NCBI GenBank assembly: GCA_023700255.1
Contig: JAJPRD010000003.1
Span: forward strand, 41,779 to 105,778
Length of the DNA: 64,000 nucleotides
Reading direction: 5' to 3'
From: Candidatus Thalassarchaeaceae archaeon
Lineage (GTDB): Archaea; Thermoplasmatota; Poseidoniia; Poseidoniales; Thalassarchaeaceae
Below the pieces are notes generated by a model. The model saw only the letters and a program-made list of their open reading frames with translations. It made no database searches and had not been told where the DNA came from. The translations under genes were made by a program, and so were the position numbers. Below are positions 18,901-25,061 of the stretch, one piece after another. Every line of letters starts with the position of its first letter. Within the stretch, counting starts at the first letter, position 1.

Positions 18901-19448
18901 ATAAGGTAGGTAATTCATATGAGACGATTGTAATTAATGTAATAAGTTCTGAACCGAGTCTTACGATTGAGAATGTTCAAGCATTAGGAGGCGGAGAACC
19001 TCAAGCTGGTGGTCAGATAACTTATATTACAACAATATCTAATTCTGGTTTAGTTGATGCAAAGCAAGTTCAACTGAATGCAACTCTTTGTAATGACGTA
19101 AGTTGTGAAAACCCAACATCCGTTAATGCTGTTACTACAATGGATATAAGCGCAGAATCAGAAATGCAGTTTAGTTTCTTGTTTGATTTGTCTGATATCA
19201 CAGTAGGACCTTATTATTTAGTTCTAGGGATTAATGCTAGTATATTCGGTGAAGAAAATATTAATGATGACTCTTGGAATGAAGTTGATGGTATACTAAT
19301 TGGTACAATGAATGTAGACGTTCGCTCTCCGGCAGTAGGTGATGACGAGAATACTGATATTATACCGTACATTCTAGTGATAGGATTGATATTAGTTGGG
19401 TTTTATCTGACTAAAGGACGTTCAAGGCGCCCAGGTGCTCCATTCTAA
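9924..19448 (+). CDS. aglB: Giant fusion protein: unknown polytopic N-module + AglB/STT3 oligosaccharyltransferase + about 1,800-aa beta-sandwich array + C-terminal TM anchor
   Basis: 3,174-aa uninterrupted ORF. STT3 hallmarks are the EL1 loop 'GGSDPWYMKRVVDYV...YPMIAINPRPPLFSW', 'GLADHDAFAM', and the catalytic WWDYG in 'FVSWWDYGFQ' (nt 12753-12767). Downstream lie CarboxypepD_reg-like 'GATIEGTVELDGLGPVPNARILIERD...ENGDYSFVAPAGKIRVTAF' and CARDB/NEW3-like 'GELLIIPIEITNSGNGDEKYEFEFDDSELPDGWS'. The protein ends 'IIPYILVIGLILVGFYLTKGRSRR'. Confidence 0.85.
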   Translation: MNDDNDATVGVFSNEDLLPVPAVLATLMVLFLGTNYVANAGIENDGYVDLLILPVIAAFAAFIGRILNTYGESLSTSNFRNSLISIFFIVFSVLAIEFGLCSPLQGITFAFMMISSLLLSSHQRNEESSILLSVVIGFHFAISFATRYILDETSWSGNPDELIDAVRSSTGSIFFASWAASIALGILVTLAMRGRLATPGTGSWFRDIPSIMPKAGLITAGLVFIVNLIPLLWLGTLDNIESYNNHHYLGSVWAMFATIVVLFVSFCNSERWHVLGIVAALNWIIYTLAHLQEIGNDLPLAVLNGNDSVGIFTWFLLVFWLNVGAMMVAGRGYLGDISPRRDHSDFRKWWNQHSYGIMVGFALFIALAVRTGWNVLPAMNAAGTGLWDMSGGSDPWYMKRVVDYVVAERSHLIIDSDRAYPMIAINPRPPLFSWSLALGGILLSWLSGMAMEESVWWSVASLPAIFGALIVLPIAGLARKLHSNMAGIVAAWLIALMPGHISHSTFGLADHDAFAMLFLAIAFYYWVKAMDEITNQRLFTTPSLNPLYIIAGIREMWLRNSKVMTNATLSGVSFAIVALGWKGFVYGPGILFIAFAFQIFFNMFRRRDSLPITAASLQMMLTAFVIPLPFYCWPGLNLLFDASGFQPMFYIIGFTFALGWIASSYRDRPWLLVLVSTIVLIGTILVTLRLLQEAEIYDGWDILFTGGFYFSKNKIFGTIGEAQAPSRGVLFASYGPIVSLIAIIVAVMLLWRGARKEKQSHILLGLWVLIAIYMAWSAGRFIFNATPAISVVGGIGIAMMWNYANFSGFTKEWRKSGIGTPRSRFWANWSASKRHPGIPAVILVLMLVCSQHMTYGIDSGIPRGEQSASDVDQTIHDITPDVFRQEILGLSLLNSENYDANGDLWYMGTFGPGFNSGSWNMAYEWLSEQDTDVSFSERPAFVSWWDYGFQALAQGEHPTVSDNFQSGIPNSGAMLLSSSQEDTLSLFITTLAQGDRRSTDSSSFTDEFSELMLESHMTEEQFDEFDTIMRLGFGDSNLVLDRSMSVVAVDGNYELLTGYKLGDNGISNDTREWLVLNDGDELSSHGDEESAILAFNDVRNSVSELDRYDEDIDDFANKGELVVQYYDIAGYRYTPDLIEDFDDISTGLHRVNAKLALSRALLLQIFDSNGMNSLYNDISTTLFYDVQDYEGALGEMISRNNEIRYFAVDNRLYPLGGNYYEDYSYHQGQTTGIFHAPTSLSGLDTETYISSVYETQRGDGPIIPRTSAEYEAEYLNDVIRQQSGALTDVNEMIRMVDINYQHQPEFFDTMVARIYVGYGTSTLGLPGDAEQPAPHFYTSGAPGSYLENAYPLPGAMMNHMVLSNWYNPDCETDDNGTQLDLDCSNLGIGSANTQVKIMKYYSGATIEGTVELDGLGPVPNARILIERDAFSGDEVELDGHVTDRDTRTYWIPIGTTDADENGDYSFVAPAGKIRVTAFYGESDLDSARAQIMTSNVGQSLGDLFESETPGVRSLNPITGILGNVSGSTWLSETIVNISGTDGHSNGESVIFAPIIVEPASSTGRLVWSGSEIFSGDSLDSATVELSPAWDLINADPYLLSTSDGSIEGDNLRFTGTGEVTFTGEGSVTTSSIATISDFTGNYTQTVFNNHSLNGDGEFAGRGVIDGIITDDIQELMNCDVNETMPENSSLCIQSDGKYLLDGIVNATGRFTANGVASFTQKLVQATLIGSGVFSTNTSDSTLNSYGTINGTGTFTGMGMFSGSIVQPGTFHVVDAIPGTYDVVVIFSDGTRVEINDGYVISQQPINSITEIDINGGLIEGDLIDQSGNPLMASIILRTNDSVSSDAVDDCSVVIYAPCLISSELSWDEGELIGSKLNYGPIMPGHYIIEIDMDGDGFSEVYREHIFDANEESSFIFPSPVPLTTDLTFSLVRDENGSDTLVNDLNLTLNLKNGSGSTVNAEFNSMTNDYYAELVPGVWILNYTLSDTEQLWEEIEVGFDDFSTVYEFRTSQVVTGTLYYNENSTDLSIDENKILDFVPIVFYWDGFSTTVETSSEGKFSLVLPEGSTVDAIAQLGVDLKLVNGTQFTVVADMDEITMVARPGQSITGAISINRADNLYNGDIGGWESVTVIAENLDYDVQWRAQANDGGFFEMVIPKGNWQFSVDSDEFISGTNVTNVDNFNNTVEVIIYPDDSLLSVDFFLDNSGDNNLSNGTPVSYDFSLISLINGLDYHINIDDSEWNGTGHADVLLEPGIYRISVDISDANSGELFGTRILTGDVDFQVGMESSTISRAIGFDPEWRVSMSFTNESGGVLSEQLVRLNNVENGWVLSRTTNVNGSIVGFISQGDWIVTTETMSNGIREGLRELISVSSDNSATNLSMSTSELADVSFTLSEDGSNDSLTGISLLLESAEGLGSFSIEATNSSGLTEINLVTGEWIVSLNYTDDGKRWLVDDYTISVDISDNNHYNLTANLYVALTGTVYWDLNDNNASNVGEGVSDVTMLFTNDILSNNTIESGDNGDWELFVPANTVWQINTSYDGFESIQQSVSVSDMSNEVLLELTAGLVDVSGNLSYDLGIESISVDDLVLTIIPTEGLVRDSVTPQLLYGDDGWLGEWSAQLEPGLWIVSASVPTEDLVIMGLLNVDVVDGGNLDMELTKGGLLDVNTEWLDYDGVSHNLGEIVDANIVIDIGFGMKWVQDVETDGSLNLLLPNGNVEFSSDFEIEQRGIIMEYIAGRGVDVYSGQESPVLSLLYNRVSNHEITINTLNLTSGHDSYVGSMSDVNLVVNATDGFEPVEFTLEVNYLGHESYDLYTVGGLVSGTDSAEWSLQFDNGSGEWNTSTQFEVGLDNSQMFNDLNIRVVAPNQSVAHAFEDGHKITISISTQDGYLETHELIVRIPQLHGFELSTPMDDIYGVYPGELLIIPIEITNSGNGDEKYEFEFDDSELPDGWSRTGPTSHTLGGFVSTIHSVTVVAPEDVSSSDQFSIYVSVTDKVGNSYETIVINVISSEPSLTIENVQALGGGEPQAGGQITYITTISNSGLVDAKQVQLNATLCNDVSCENPTSVNAVTTMDISAESEMQFSFLFDLSDITVGPYYLVLGINASIFGEENINDDSWNEVDGILIGTMNVDVRSPAVGDDENTDIIPYILVIGLILVGFYLTKGRSRRPGAPF

Positions 19449-20718
19449 TTATATATCACTAGTGTATATTATACGGGGTGGATACTTGAAGTCTCTTGAA
19501 AACTTAGACCTATTACCTGAGCCAGATGACCATAGGATTTTGACTGCTATTGATTCATCCGCTCCGGGTTATCCAGGGGCAGATTATGGCCTTACTGATC
19601 AAGAAGCTCGGGAATTAAGATGGCCAATTGGTCCTATGAAAGAGTATCTCTGGCCCAATGGTGCAATATTTTTTTCATTTGCTATAATTTTATTAATTGC
19701 TAGTTGGCCATGGGTTAATGCGTATTTAATACCGATTTTACCAGATTCTGAATGGGCATATGACGAAACTGGAATTAGGGAACTCCAATCGGAAGGATTT
19801 TTCGGAGAGGGAGTGCATGTTTGTATTGTAGATACAGGAATTGACATGAATCATCCAGATTTTGCACATCAAGAATTATTGGGTTTTAGAGACTTTGTAG
19901 ATGGTAATCATGACTCTATAAGGGATGTAGGTGATAATTCACATGGCACACTGATGACTGGTTTATTAATTTCTAATGGTAAATTCACGGGTGCGGCACC
20001 AATGGTCGGACTTTCTGTTGCTTTAGCACTGGATAATGAAGGTACTTCTGGTTCAAGTGATCGTGTTGCTCAAGCAATAAGATGGTGTAGGATTACTCAG
20101 AGGGTAGATATAATTTCATTGAGTCTTGGTGGAGAGCCTTCTGAGTTCTCATTAAATTCTCAAACTAATATTGCAGTTGAAGAAGCGCTCGAAGCAGGGA
20201 TATTTGTTGTAGCTGCTGCTGGAAATACTGGACTTGACTCAGATGTTGATGATGTATCCCAACCATCTAGCATTGCAGGTGTAATTTCAGTAGGTGCTGT
20301 GAATAAAGCAGGGAATGTTTGGGGAAGTAGTGCTTATGGCTCATTGAATGATCCCTTTTCAGATGAAGCTAGGGAATATCCGAATCAAAAGCCAGAAGTT
20401 ATCGCACCAGGTGTGAATATATTCTCTACTGCCTCGAGCAGTCTCTCATCACCTTATGCATATTCTTCAGGTACCAGTGACTCAACAGTATTTGTCACAG
20501 GTGCACTAGCGCTTATACTCCAACAATTTGGAGATGCAATTGCTGGCTCAGATGGCATCATCGACGCAGATGAAATGAATCGAGTGAAACAATCACTGGC
20601 TACCTCTTGTAATCGAAATAATTTTGAAAGTAATACTCATAATTCTCATTCTGGATATGGTAGCCTTGATGTAGTGAAATGGTCGGAAGAAGTGGCCTTT
20701 TCGTTCAATATTGCATAG
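19435..20718 (+). CDS. Membrane-anchored subtilisin-like serine protease (peptidase S8)
   Basis: The Asp/His/Ser triad contexts are 'VCIVDTGIDMNHPDF', 'NSHGTLMTG' and 'SGTSDSTVFVTGALAL'. An N-terminal TM reads 'GAIFFSFAIILLIASWPWV'. The ORF overlaps the aglB 3' end by 14 nt, and the exact start (GTG at 19435) is uncertain. Confidence 0.8.
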   Translation: MLHSNYISLVYIIRGGYLKSLENLDLLPEPDDHRILTAIDSSAPGYPGADYGLTDQEARELRWPIGPMKEYLWPNGAIFFSFAIILLIASWPWVNAYLIPILPDSEWAYDETGIRELQSEGFFGEGVHVCIVDTGIDMNHPDFAHQELLGFRDFVDGNHDSIRDVGDNSHGTLMTGLLISNGKFTGAAPMVGLSVALALDNEGTSGSSDRVAQAIRWCRITQRVDIISLSLGGEPSEFSLNSQTNIAVEEALEAGIFVVAAAGNTGLDSDVDDVSQPSSIAGVISVGAVNKAGNVWGSSAYGSLNDPFSDEAREYPNQKPEVIAPGVNIFSTASSSLSSPYAYSSGTSDSTVFVTGALALILQQFGDAIAGSDGIIDADEMNRVKQSLATSCNRNNFESNTHNSHSGYGSLDVVKWSEEVAFSFNIA

Positions 20719-20795
20719 ATTGATGAGATTTAATCAAACATTAGTTATGCACGGGCTCCCAAATTGGTTAAATCCGCATTCTAATACGGTAAAAC

Positions 20796-23700
20796 ATGTC
20801 AAAGCGTCGTGCAAGAAGTTCGTTCCTCGTTTTTCTAATGTTATCTAGTGTCCTTATTGCTTTAGTAGGGCCCGCCACTCCAGTAATGGCTAACAATGAA
20901 ACAACCGCTGGAACTATAACAACATCAGAAACTTGGTCTGGTACTCATCAGTTAACAGGAGATGTAACGATTGCTTCAGGTGCCAAGTTAATTATTAATC
21001 CTGGAACTACGGTTATTTTCCCTAATGGTACTTATTTAGATGTAAGAGGTAATATTTGTGCTGGTGTATCCTCATGTGGTGCATCTGGTGATGCTAGTAT
21101 AGCAAACAAAATTACTCTCCGTTGGACTGATCCTTCAAACTCTAGTGCGATTGGTGAATGTAAAGGCATGATGCAAGGTACTCAGGAGATTCAGATCGAA
21201 GATGCTTCATGTTTTGAGGGAATGCTAATCCGTAGTTCGATTGATTTGTCTGAAACTGGATTTAGGCATATTACAATTGATGATGCTTGGGGGATTCCTT
21301 ACTATATCGATTCTATTAGCCGATGGCGATATGGTGCCATGGTTATCGATGGAGCATCGCCTACATTAACTCAAATGCGTTTCACAAACATCAATACAAG
21401 CAGTGTATTAACTACTAATCTCGCTCAACCTACATTTGAAGGTGGTACTTATGTTGCAGGAAATGACGGCAAGAGTGGTGTTGGTGGTTCTGCCGTACAG
21501 ATATATGGTTCAGGGACTCAAATATCACCACTTGTTATGAATTCACCATTTTTTATTGGCACTGATAATGGTTGTGGCAATAACGATGGTGGCCGACCAA
21601 CTCTTTGGGCAGAAGGCACCTTTATCGAAATTAATGATGCTACTGTTAACACCGGTGATTATGGTTTTTCTCTAACAAGTTCATCAGGACTTATTACCAA
21701 TTCAGATATCAATGTTAACTGTAATGGTATCGACATAAATGGAATTAAAGCAGTTCAAGGTGTTGAATTTACTATTGAGGTTGGCAATAATGAGATAACA
21801 ACTGATACAGGTACTGGGATAACCGCTTATGATGGTGCGAATGTTGAGTTACATAACAATGAAATCTCAGGCGTAGGTGAACGTTCAGGGATCACTGTAC
21901 AATCAAGTAAAGCATATATTCACCATAATGAAATTGGACCAATAGGTGGATGGAATGGTTTATGGTTAACTGGTACTTTTGATGTAATAGCAGAATATAA
22001 TACTATTTCGGAGACAGCTAAAACTCCAATACAGGTTGGAGAACCGAGCAGTTCAGGGCCCGCTCCATCAGCATCAAGACTTCACTTCTCGAACAATACT
22101 GTGAGCGTCAATTCACCCGGGACTTGCTCTAGCTTCCAATATTGGGGTGGGGAATATACTTGTCCGGCAGTCAGTCTTTTCCGTTCAGGAGTGACCCTTT
22201 ACGATAATGAATTCAGTATGGGCGGAGATGCTGATGGAATTAGGGCAATCGGAGGGCTTCTAGACGTTCAAAGAAATTTATTTAATACACCAGGTACTGG
22301 TGCAGTAATTCGTAATTATGATAGTGGTTTTGCTAATACTCAACAATATGGCTCACTCGGATTCTTTTCTCTTAATACATGGAATGGTGTTGAAACTGCT
22401 TATAATGTGACAAAATCCTCTGTAACAGTTCAATCCGAATTTATCCCTAGTTCTCCACCGGGTAATTTCCCCGTAATTCTTGACTGGCCTGATCAAGAAG
22501 CATGGCCAGCAAATGGTTTCCAAGGTTCAATTATGCCAACTCAAATTTCAGAATGTGCAAGTTGTGCTAACTTGACACCGATTAATTTCCCATTAGCAAT
22601 TAGTATGGATAATAACTCTACTGTCTTTACATTCGCAAATTTATCTAATGTTGATACTTCAAAGATTTTTATTAAATCTCAACCAACACAATATGCAGTT
22701 CAAGTACGTCGAGCGGAAATGGTAAGGTTCCAAACATTAGTTGATGGAATGAAAGTTGAAAATACAAATGTGCTTATTGAAGATGCACTCGGTAACGATC
22801 TTTATTCCCTATATACCGATCAAGACGGCTACACACCATGGTTTGCCTTAGCATCAGATTCACATCTTGATTTCAGAGGATTAGCAGGAGGGGATAACCC
22901 AGATGGTTTTGCAGATGATGAATATGAAGATTCATGTTCCGATGGTATCGACAATGATGGAGATTTAACCATTGATGACGACGATTTAGATTGTGATTAT
23001 ACTACAGGTACCCGCGAGTTATCTCGTTATTATTTCACTGCATATCGTTTTGGATTTGGCTATGCACGCAGTGATTTTGTGATACAAGATGTGACCTATC
23101 AAGATACCATTAATCTATTAAATTCTGGACCATCTGTATCTGTAGTTCAAAACAATGGTCATTCCTTCAGAAAAATAGTAAATTTCACCGGTTCCGCGCA
23201 TGATGGTCAATTAGCAGGTTTTTACGCCACTGATTCTCTAGCTCAATGGGATCAAAAAGGATATATTCATTCAATTGAGGTACGAGATCCATTCACAAGC
23301 GAATGGGAATCTGCTGGACTTGGAGTTGACGATAGCGGAGCAGAACCGGGAACTGTGACTCGATTCAATCATCCATTCAATTCTTGGCACTATTCATTTG
23401 ATATGTCTAATTACCAAGAAACTGACTATACTTTCGAATTTAGATCATTTGATGGTATTGACTACAGCCCAATTATTTCTAGAACAATTAAGCTTAATGC
23501 GGCTCCTCCTATAATCACGATTTCTTCTCCTAGTGATGGTTCTACTTGGTCCGACGGTTCAGTGACTTTCGAAGGAACTGCATATGATCAGTATGGCTGT
23601 CCAATTGATTGTAGTAACGATATAGGTGAAGTTTATTTCTACATCAGTGGGCCTAATTTTGAAGGTACAACGCCAACATCAGGTGGTGCTGATTGGTCAT

Positions 23701-25001
23701 GGACATGGGATTTCAGCGGACAACCTAGAACATCAGCTGAATATACATTTACAATATGGGCATCAGATTCAGACTTTTGTTTGAGTGTAATTGATGAATG
23801 TGATGCAGTTACAATGACTCTAACTATTGATAACTCTAATTCCATACCTTTCATTAGTTTATTATCTCCTCAAGATGGTGAAAGACTTTCAGTTTCAGAT
23901 ACAACAATTAACGGAGTTGCGAGAGATAATGATGGTTCAGTTTCTAGAGTAGATATAACTGTAAGAGATATTTACAATGGCGGGATAATTGTTCATCAGC
24001 AGTCAGTAACTGATTTTGAAGATAATGGTGCTTGGTCAACTGATTGGGACCCTACTATTCTTCAACATGACTTTGAGTATGCTATCGACATAATGTCGTA
24101 TGATGGTTATGACTTCAGTGAGATGAGTACAATCACTATTACTGCAGATAATCCCTCAGATGCGGGTAATAATCAGCCTAGTTTTAATTCAGACGGGTGG
24201 TCTCAAGAAATAGTACTATACTGTGAAATTTCTTCTCAGTCCCAAGATAGGTGCACTAAAGGTGAAATTGATTTAAATCAATTTTTCTCTGACTTAGATA
24301 GCGGGCAAGATTTGATTTTATCTGTTTATGATGACTCTAATGATGATTCTGATGATGATTATGCACTAGTAATTAATGTAGGTCAAGATGGAATTGGTAT
24401 CTATGACCCTATATCTATGTTCTTTTATGATAGTGATATGAGCACTTGGACACTTGAAAATGTCATTTTCGTGGCGACTGATCCATTCGGTTCAAAAGAA
24501 ATTTCTATTCCAGTTACTTTCAGAGTCATTGGAGTCACTTTTGAGATTTATAATCCAGAAGTGACAGTCATTCAAGATGGTGAAATGATATTTTTCTCAG
24601 GAATAGGTCTTCCTGGAAGGACGGTTGAAGTTCTCATAAAGAATAGCCCTGTGAATCTGACTATAGTCAATGCTGATTCATCTTGGGAAGTAGGCATTCC
24701 ATCTTCTAGATTCAGCGATGGTCCAGTGACCCCTGTATTCAAATTTGGAGATGAATATTATGAAAGTAGTGTTAAAATTTCTGTAGGTGACTCTGATGAA
24801 GGTTTATCTAAACTTCTATGGCTTGCAATTATGTCAATTCTAACTCTCGGTCTATTAGGTGCAGCATTTGTATATTTCTTTGTAGAAATAGATGATGGCG
24901 AAAGTACTGATGATTCATCCGAAATAATAGAGGAATCTGAAGGATGGATTTGGGATGAAAGTTCGAATGACTGGATAGAAGATCCAGATTATGAATCTTG
25001 A
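20796..25001 (+). CDS. Surface protein with parallel beta-helix repeats and Ig-like domains, type-I anchored
   Basis: 1,401 aa with signal peptide 'FLVFLMLSSVLIALVGPATPVMA' and PbH1-like repeats 'NNEITTDTGTGITAYDGANVELHNNEISG...GITVQSSKAYIHHNEIG'. An Asp/Cys-rich stretch reads 'CSDGIDNDGDLTIDDDDLDC'. Ig-like repeats include 'ITISSPSDGSTWSDGSVTFEGTAYD' and 'ISLLSPQDGERLSVSDTTINGVARD'. The C-terminal TM 'LLWLAIMSILTLGLLGAAFVYFFV' is followed by an acidic Trp-rich tail. Confidence 0.75.
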   Translation: MSKRRARSSFLVFLMLSSVLIALVGPATPVMANNETTAGTITTSETWSGTHQLTGDVTIASGAKLIINPGTTVIFPNGTYLDVRGNICAGVSSCGASGDASIANKITLRWTDPSNSSAIGECKGMMQGTQEIQIEDASCFEGMLIRSSIDLSETGFRHITIDDAWGIPYYIDSISRWRYGAMVIDGASPTLTQMRFTNINTSSVLTTNLAQPTFEGGTYVAGNDGKSGVGGSAVQIYGSGTQISPLVMNSPFFIGTDNGCGNNDGGRPTLWAEGTFIEINDATVNTGDYGFSLTSSSGLITNSDINVNCNGIDINGIKAVQGVEFTIEVGNNEITTDTGTGITAYDGANVELHNNEISGVGERSGITVQSSKAYIHHNEIGPIGGWNGLWLTGTFDVIAEYNTISETAKTPIQVGEPSSSGPAPSASRLHFSNNTVSVNSPGTCSSFQYWGGEYTCPAVSLFRSGVTLYDNEFSMGGDADGIRAIGGLLDVQRNLFNTPGTGAVIRNYDSGFANTQQYGSLGFFSLNTWNGVETAYNVTKSSVTVQSEFIPSSPPGNFPVILDWPDQEAWPANGFQGSIMPTQISECASCANLTPINFPLAISMDNNSTVFTFANLSNVDTSKIFIKSQPTQYAVQVRRAEMVRFQTLVDGMKVENTNVLIEDALGNDLYSLYTDQDGYTPWFALASDSHLDFRGLAGGDNPDGFADDEYEDSCSDGIDNDGDLTIDDDDLDCDYTTGTRELSRYYFTAYRFGFGYARSDFVIQDVTYQDTINLLNSGPSVSVVQNNGHSFRKIVNFTGSAHDGQLAGFYATDSLAQWDQKGYIHSIEVRDPFTSEWESAGLGVDDSGAEPGTVTRFNHPFNSWHYSFDMSNYQETDYTFEFRSFDGIDYSPIISRTIKLNAAPPIITISSPSDGSTWSDGSVTFEGTAYDQYGCPIDCSNDIGEVYFYISGPNFEGTTPTSGGADWSWTWDFSGQPRTSAEYTFTIWASDSDFCLSVIDECDAVTMTLTIDNSNSIPFISLLSPQDGERLSVSDTTINGVARDNDGSVSRVDITVRDIYNGGIIVHQQSVTDFEDNGAWSTDWDPTILQHDFEYAIDIMSYDGYDFSEMSTITITADNPSDAGNNQPSFNSDGWSQEIVLYCEISSQSQDRCTKGEIDLNQFFSDLDSGQDLILSVYDDSNDDSDDDYALVINVGQDGIGIYDPISMFFYDSDMSTWTLENVIFVATDPFGSKEISIPVTFRVIGVTFEIYNPEVTVIQDGEMIFFSGIGLPGRTVEVLIKNSPVNLTIVNADSSWEVGIPSSRFSDGPVTPVFKFGDEYYESSVKISVGDSDEGLSKLLWLAIMSILTLGLLGAAFVYFFVEIDDGESTDDSSEIIEESEGWIWDESSNDWIEDPDYES

Positions 25002-25012
25002 TGATTCAATTA

Positions 25013-25034
25013 CGAAACTTAACCACCGAAACTT
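25013..25034 (+). promoter_or_regulatory. Two copies of CGAAACTT with a 14-bp period upstream of the regulator gene
   Basis: Read directly: CGAAACTT at 25013-25020 and 25027-25034, about 28-49 nt upstream of the ATG at 25062. Candidate operator. Confidence 0.3.
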
Positions 25035-25061
25035 CATGAGGTATTACAGATTGCTGAGTCC

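Noticed and set aside
19400-19448. The C-terminal '...GRSRRPGAPF' of the AglB megaprotein as a possible PGF-CTERM/archaeosortase signal.
   Set aside because: In PGF-CTERM the PGF motif precedes the TM helix and the basic residues follow it. Here the order is TM, then basic residues, then PGAPF, and no archaeosortase gene is present.
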